From Octopus sinensis (taxonomy: Eukaryota), in contig NC_043022.1 in NCBI RefSeq assembly GCF_006345805.1, forward strand, positions 3,410,001 through 3,474,000: a DNA stretch of 64,000 nt, in the 5' to 3' direction. Positions within the stretch are counted from its first letter, which is position 1. The number at the start of each line of letters is the position of its first letter. Under the pieces are notes generated by a model. It was not told where the DNA came from, did not search any database, and saw only the letters and a list, made by a program, of their open reading frames with translations. This document shows positions 57,548 through 64,000 of the stretch, in pieces. The translations under genes were made by a program, and so were the position numbers.

Positions 57548-60500
57548 CTGCAAATAGATAAATGGAAGGGCCTCAAATATTTATTTCTTTATTACCCACA
57601 AGGGGCTAAACACAGAGGGGACAAACAAGGACAGACATAGGGATTAATTCGATTACATCGACCCCAGTGCGTAACTGGTACTTAATTTATCGACCCCGAA
57701 AGGATGAAAGGCAAAGTCGACCTCGGCGGAATTTGAACTCACAACGTTGCACCATTGAAATACCGCTAAGCATTTCGCCCGGCGCGCTAACGTTTCTGCC
57801 AGCTCGCCGCCTCAAATATTGATGAACAATCAGCTGTGTGTGTGTGTGTTATTGCATATAAGTTGGTGTTTGTGTATACAAGTGCAAATATATATAAAAG
57901 GCTGAATGTGGAAGCAAATTAATAATAAAAAAAGATTACAAAAAAACCAAAACAAATGTAGAACTGTAACTTGATATCAATGCAAAAGCTAAGTAAGGAT
58001 TGAACATGCAACCTTTGGCTTTGAAGCCAGATGCTCTGAAACATTGAAACAAACTTTGCAGATATTTGTCTTTGAATGTGTCATGTTTTAATGTGTGTGT
58101 GTGTGTGTGTGTGAGACAAACATACAAATTGCAGACAACTACACACACACACACATATATATACACATCACATGAACACACACACACGTGTATCACACAT
58201 GCACGCATCTTACAAGCACAAATACTTATCGCCCCCGCCACCCCCATTACACAGAAAGAGAGAATACGCTCATAAACCCCAATACCAGAGGGGGAAGAGC
58301 GAGGACCCCCCCCCCCAATGACAAACGTAGACCAATTCTGTTGTTGAAGCCAGTAATGCTTACTGCAGTGGAGGCGCAATGGCCCAGTGGTTAGGCAGCG
58401 GACTCGCGGTCATAAGATCGCGGTTTTGATTCCCAGACCGGGCGTTGTGAGTGTTTATTGAGCGAAAACACCTAAAGCTCCACGAGGCTCCGGCAGGGGA
58501 TGGTGGTGATCCCTGCTGTACTCTTTCACCACAACTTTCTCTCACTCTTTCTTCTTGTTTCTGTTGTACCTGTATTTCAAAGGGCCGGCCTTGTCACTCT
58601 CTGTGTCACGCTGAGTATCCCCGAGAACTACGTTAAGGGTACACGTGTCTGTGGAGTGCTCAGCCACTTACACGTTAATTTTACGAGCAGGCTGTTCCGT
58701 TGATTCGGATCAACCGGAACCCTCATCGTTGTAACCGACAGAGTGCTTCCATCCACATACATACATATGCACACACACACGTGTATCACACATGCACACA
58801 TCTTACAAGCACAAATACTTATCACCCCCCCCCCCCCCATTACACAGAAAGAGAGAATACGCTCATAAACCCCAATACCAAAGGGGGAGAGAGGGGGAAG
58901 AGTGAGGCCCCCCCACCCCCCATGACAAACGTAGACCAATTCTACAGTCTGAACTCACCTTGACATCCCTGGAAGTAATGATATGACACAAAGACTGTTT
59001 AATCCCTCGTCCCACCTGCCAAATAATGCTCTCTGGAGGCTGCTGTTTGAAAGGCCATTCCCCACAAAGCAGTTCGTACCAAACCGTTCTGCAAGAAAAA
59101 AAGGAATTCACGGATGAAAAACACAAGAAAAATAAAATATTTCTCAAAGCAAAGAAACAACAAATATTTCAGAAAGGAACTGAGTCGTTGCTTAACCCCA
59201 GGTCAAGTTCTGATTAAGTAGACCCCTAATCAAACAAGCGTGGGTCAGGTATCATCATCATCATCATTTAGCGTCCGCTTTCCATGCTAGCATGGGTTGG
59301 ATGGTGCAACTGGGGTCTGGGAAGCCAAAAGGCTGCACCAGGCCCAGTCTGATCTGGCAGTGTTTCTACAGCTGGATGCCCTTCCTAACGCCAACAACTC
59401 CATGAGTGTAGTGGGTGCTTTTTACGTGCCACCAGCACAGGTGCCAGGCGAGGCTGGCAAACGGCCACAGTCGGATGGTGCCTTTTACGTGCCACCGGCA
59501 CAGGGGCCAGTCGGGGCGGCGCTGGCAATGGCCCGATCGGATGGTTCGCTTATGATCCACAGGCACTATGGATTAAAAACAAGAAAAATAAAATATTTCT
59601 TAAAGCAAAGAAACAACAAATATTTCAGAAAGGAACTGAGTCGTTGTTTAACTCCAGGTCAAGTTCTGATTAAGTAGAACCCTAATCAAACAAGCGTGGG
59701 TCAGGTATGGAGCCATGTAAAAGCACCTAGCATGGTTTCTATGGCTGGATGCATCAGGAAGGGCATCCAGCTGTAGAAACCATGCCAAATCAGACTGGAG
59801 TTTGGTGCAGCCCCTCAGCTTACCAGCATGGACAATGGATTGTTAAATGATGGTGATGATAATTTATATGTGCATGTGGGTGCACACACAGGCAGGGGCA
59901 GTTTCAATTTAAGGAGCACCATGAAGGGGAGACAGCCTCTACTTACCCAAATGCGTATGTGTCGGATTTCTTAGAGAAAGGCAGTTCCGTGTTAGCTGCC
60001 TGGGTGTTCCCTGCTTGTAATGACCTCATAATCTCTGGAGATAAGTAGCACAGCCAACCGAGAGGAATTGCCAGGCAATCTCCTTTCCTGAAACAAAAAT
60101 AGGGAGAACAATTACACAACTGCAGAGACACAATTTTCTGGCCATAATAACAATAACAGCAACAACAACAACAACAATAATAATGGATGGATGGAAGCAC
60201 TCCGTCGGTTACGACGATGAGGGTTCCGGTTGATCCGATCAACGGAACAGCCTGCTCGTGAAATTAACGTGTAAGTGGCTGAGCACTCCACAGACACGTG
60301 TACCCTTAACGTAGTTCTCGGGATATTTAGCGTGACACAGAGAGTGACAAGGCCGGCCCTTTTAAAATACAGGTACAACAGAAACAGGAAGTAAGAGTGA
60401 GAGAAAGTTGTGGTGAAAGAGTACAGCAGGGATCACCACCATCCCTTGCTGGAGCCTTGTGGAGCTTTTTTAGGTGTTTTTGCTCAATAAACACTCACAA

Positions 60501-62484
60501 TGCCCGGTCTGGGAATGAAACTGCGATCCTATGACCGCGAGTCCGCTGCCCTAACCACTGGGCCATTGCACCTCCACACAACAATAATAATAATCTTTAC
60601 CACTCTAGGCATAATACCTGAAATTTTGGGGGAGGGGGGGCAGTCGATCAGATTGACTCCAGTACGCAACTGGTACTTAATTTATTGATCCTGAAAGGAT
60701 GGAAGGCAAAGTCGACATCATCATCATCATCGTTTAACGTCCGTTCTCCATGCTAGCATGGGCTGGATGGTTCGACCGGGGATCTGGGAAGCCAGAAGGC
60801 TGCACCAGGCTCCAGTCTTGATCTGGCAGTGTTTCTACAGCTGGATGCTCTTCCTAACGCCAACCACTCCGAGAGTGTAGTGGGTGCTTTTTACGTGCCA
60901 GGCGAGGCTGGCAACGGCCACGGTCGGATGGTGCTTTTTACAGAGAAGCCAGTCAAGGCGTAAGAACGTAAAAACAGACGGAATACCACTAAGTATTTCA
61001 CCTGGCATGCTAATGTTTCTGCCAGCTCGCTGCCTTAATAATAATAATAATATAATAATGGTTTCAAATTTTGCCACAAGGGCAGCAATTTTGCAGGAGG
61101 GGCTGAATCGATTACATCGACCCCAGTGTTTAACTGGTACTTATTTTACTGACCCTTGAAAGGATGAAAGGCAAAGTCGACCTCAGTGGAATTTGAACTC
61201 AGAACATAAAGACGAACAAAATACTACGAAGCATTTTGTCCAGTTTACTAATGATTCTGTCACCTTATAATAATAATAATAATAATAAACTTTTCTACTA
61301 AAGGCACAAGGTCTGAAATTTGGGGCGAAGGGATTAGTTGATTACATTGACCCCAGTGTTTCACTGGCACTTAATTTATCGACCCCAAAAGGACAAAAGG
61401 CAAAGTCGACCTCAGCAGAGTTTGAACTCAGAATGTAGTGATGGGCAAAATACTGCTAAGCATTTCGTCCAGCATGCAAACTATTCTGCCAGCTCACCAC
61501 CTATTTCTTTGGAGCAACATGAAATAAAGGATCTGGCTCAAGGACACAACACGTCGCCATGAAACGAACCCACGACCTTACAATTGTAAGCCGGAAACTG
61601 TAACCACTAAGCCATGTGCCTTCATATAATAATAATAATAAACCTTTCTACTAAAGGCAAAAGACCTGAAATTTGGTGGGAAGGGGATTAGTTGATTACA
61701 CCAACCCCAGTGTATAACTGGTACTTATTTCATTGTCCCTGAAAGGATGAAAGGCAAAGTCGACCTCGGCAGAATTTGAACTCAGAACATAGCGGCAGAT
61801 GAAAATACTGCTAAGCATTTTGCCCAACATGCCAACAATTCTGCCAGCTTGCCGTCTTCAGCATTCTAGTAATAATAATAACTTCTTGCTTTGATGTAAT
61901 GCCAGAAATCTAGGGCCAGTGGGTCAATGGATCAGTTGACTAGGTCTACCCCAGTATTTGATAGCTAGTTTATTTTATCGACCATGGAAGGCTGGAAGGC
62001 AAAGTTGCCACTCGTGGGATTTGAACATGGAATGTGAAGAACTGTAAATGTAACACATGGAATTTTTTCTGATGTTCTAATGATTCTGCCACTGAGTTTT
62101 TTTGGGTTGGTGGAAATATTGTTAGATTGACCTTAGATGCACAGATCAGTAGGTGTTTAATGAGAGAGAGAGAGAGAGAGGATGGAGGAAGAGAGAAATA
62201 GGGAAAGAGTGGGACAAAGAGAGGAAGAGAGAGGACAAAAGATAGACAGAGAGAAAGAGATAGAGACAAGAGAGAGGACAAAAGATAGACAGAGAGGTGA
62301 GAGAGGGAAGAGAGAGGGAGAGAGAGAGAGAGAAGCTGGGAGCTTACCTATTTCCATGACACCATTTAGTAAGATTGAATAAACCAAAATCAGTGATGAC
62401 AACTTTGCCGGTCTCTTCCCAAAATATATTTTTAGTCTTCAAATCTTTGTGTATGATTCCCCTTGCATGTAAGTACCCCATGCC
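57389..62484 (-). CDS. KSR: Kinase suppressor of Ras (KSR)-like kinase, last four coding exons (subdomains VI-XI)
   Basis: The 567-nt spliced frame reads [129 protein letters not shown] and IIWQVG are diagnostic for KSR rather than RAF. Confidence 0.92.
58368..58755 (+). mobile_element. Long-form tRNA-derived SINE in a KSR intron
   Basis: GTGGAGGCGCAATGG head and CCATCCA tail; a near-identical copy lies on the - strand at 60185-60577. Confidence 0.82.
58959..59088 (-). CDS. KSR: KSR-like exon ([43 protein letters not shown])
   Basis: tcttgcag acceptor, gtgagt donor, phase 2/0. Confidence 0.92.
59947..60087 (-). CDS. KSR: KSR-like exon ([26 protein letters not shown]...KKSDTYAF)
   Basis: ttgtttcag acceptor, gtaagt donor, phase 2/2. 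Confidence 0.92.
62348..62484 (-). CDS. KSR: KSR-like exon ([45 protein letters not shown])
   Basis: tttgcag acceptor, gtaagc donor, phase 0/2. Confidence 0.92.
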
Positions 62485-62544
62485 CTGCAAACAAAACAAG
62501 AAGAAAACAAGGGGGAAAATAAATAACTAAAAATAACAAACTTC

Positions 62545-63424
62545 ATACATACATACACGCTTCTCTCACACACACATACGTACACTCTCACACCCACATA
62601 CGTACACTCTCACACACACATATGCTCTCGCCCTCACACATACATAAGCTCTCTCTCTCACACACACATACGTACACTCTCACACCCACATACGTACACT
62701 CTCACACACACATACATACACTCTCTCATACACACCCATACATATGCTCTCTCTCTTTCACACACATGCTCTCTCTCTCTCACTTATACATACACTCTCA
62801 TACACACATACGCTATCTCACAAACACATACGCTCTCTCACACATACATACACTCTCTCAGACATACATACACTCTCTCACACATACATACACTCTCTCA
62901 GACATACATACGCTCTCTCACACATACATACACTCTCTCAGACATACATACGCTCTCTCACACATACATACACTCTCTCAGACATACATACGCTCTCTCA
63001 CACATACATACACTCTCTCAGACATACATACGCTCTCTCACACATACATACGCTCTCTCAGACATACATACGCTCTCTCACACATACATACACTCTCTCA
63101 GACATACATACGCTCTCTCACACATACATACACTCTCTCAGACATACATACACTCTCTCAGACATACATACACTCTCTCAGACATACATACGCTCTCTCA
63201 CACATACATACACTCTCTCAGACATACATACACTCTCTCAGACATACATACGCTCTCTCACACATACATACACTCTCTCAGACATACATACACTCTCTCA
63301 GACATACATACGCTCTCTCACACATACATACACTCTCTCAGACATACATACACTCTCTCAGACATACATACGCTCTCTCACACATACATACACTCTCTCA
63401 GACATACATACGCTCTCTCACACA
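62545..63424. repeat. Minisatellite of 20-bp monomers, often as a 40-bp dimer (CACATACATACACTCTCTCA-GACATACATACGCTCTCTCA)
   Basis: Direct reading. Confidence 0.95.
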
Positions 63425-63714
63425 TTGCTTATTTTCAGACTGACATTGTAGGGTAGGTGTAAGAGGTTGGATCCAACAATCTGAACATAAAGTAGAATAT
63501 TTCATACATATATAGCACTGAGGTATATATGTCGTTAACATTAACCCTTTAGCATTCAGATTTCTCTGTCAAATGTAATCCTTATTTATCCACAATGTTT
63601 TGAATTAATCTTGCATTATCTCTGAGCTTCCAAGATTTTGATGATGGGATTAATTTATAGAATGTTGTAGATTAGGTGTGAGAGGCCAGATAAGGCCAAT
63701 TTGAATATAATATA

Positions 63715-64000
63715 TAATAATGAAATTTTTGTATACAGTGCTCAGGTGCACCACAACTTGTCAGAAAGTGCATATAAAGCACATGCAGTAATGTACAAAT
63801 GTCTGGAAAGCGAACAGTGTATGAGTCAGATACCTGCTTGTGTGTGTATGGAGGGGAGAAAATCAGGTGTAGTGTTGGTGAATCTCAGGAAGCATGGAAG
63901 TTTTGAAGGATGCAGTGCTCCGACAACTAACAACTGATGCCGGCAGTTTGTTCCATGCTTCAGCAACTCTCAGCATGAAAAAATGTTTCCTAAAGTCATG
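63715..64000 (-). mobile_element. CR1/L2-clade LINE 3' end running off the window
   Basis: Matches 8686-8975. Confidence 0.85.

Noticed and set aside
62622-63451. 273- and 235-aa ORFs
   Set aside because: Minisatellite translations, opposite the KSR intron.

Overview
AT-rich, repeat-dense eukaryotic DNA, most likely an octopus, inferred from the SINE, RTE and microsatellite repertoire. It holds two convergent, intron-rich genes reconstructed by hand from GT-AG boundaries and reading-frame continuity. On the + strand are 13 coding exons (4500-37484; 397 aa plus stop, start not found) of a RUS1/DUF647-family gene (RUSF1/C16orf58-like). On the - strand are the last four coding exons (62484-57389) of a KSR-type kinase. 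Nearly all long ORFs in the supplied track are microsatellite or transposon artefacts. The rest is tRNA-derived SINEs, RTE and CR1-like LINE ends, Tigger/Tc1/mariner remnants, TTAA MITEs, three non-autonomous Helitrons, a solo LTR and many local tandem or inverted duplications. The most notable result is a set of minimal type I hammerhead ribozyme (HHR) motifs. A 3.85-copy tandem array of ~390-bp units (2053-3553) carries one GUC-cleaving HHR per unit on the - strand, the architecture of a non-LTR retrozyme that could release ~390-nt circular RNAs. A head-to-head palindromic element couples tRNA-type Pol III boxes to an HHR (40958-41452). There is also an inverted HHR pair (15924-16150) and two CUGU-core HHR variants (29296, 34738). 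All RNA folds were made by eye; no searches or computations were run. Repeat boundaries are approximate unless termini are quoted.
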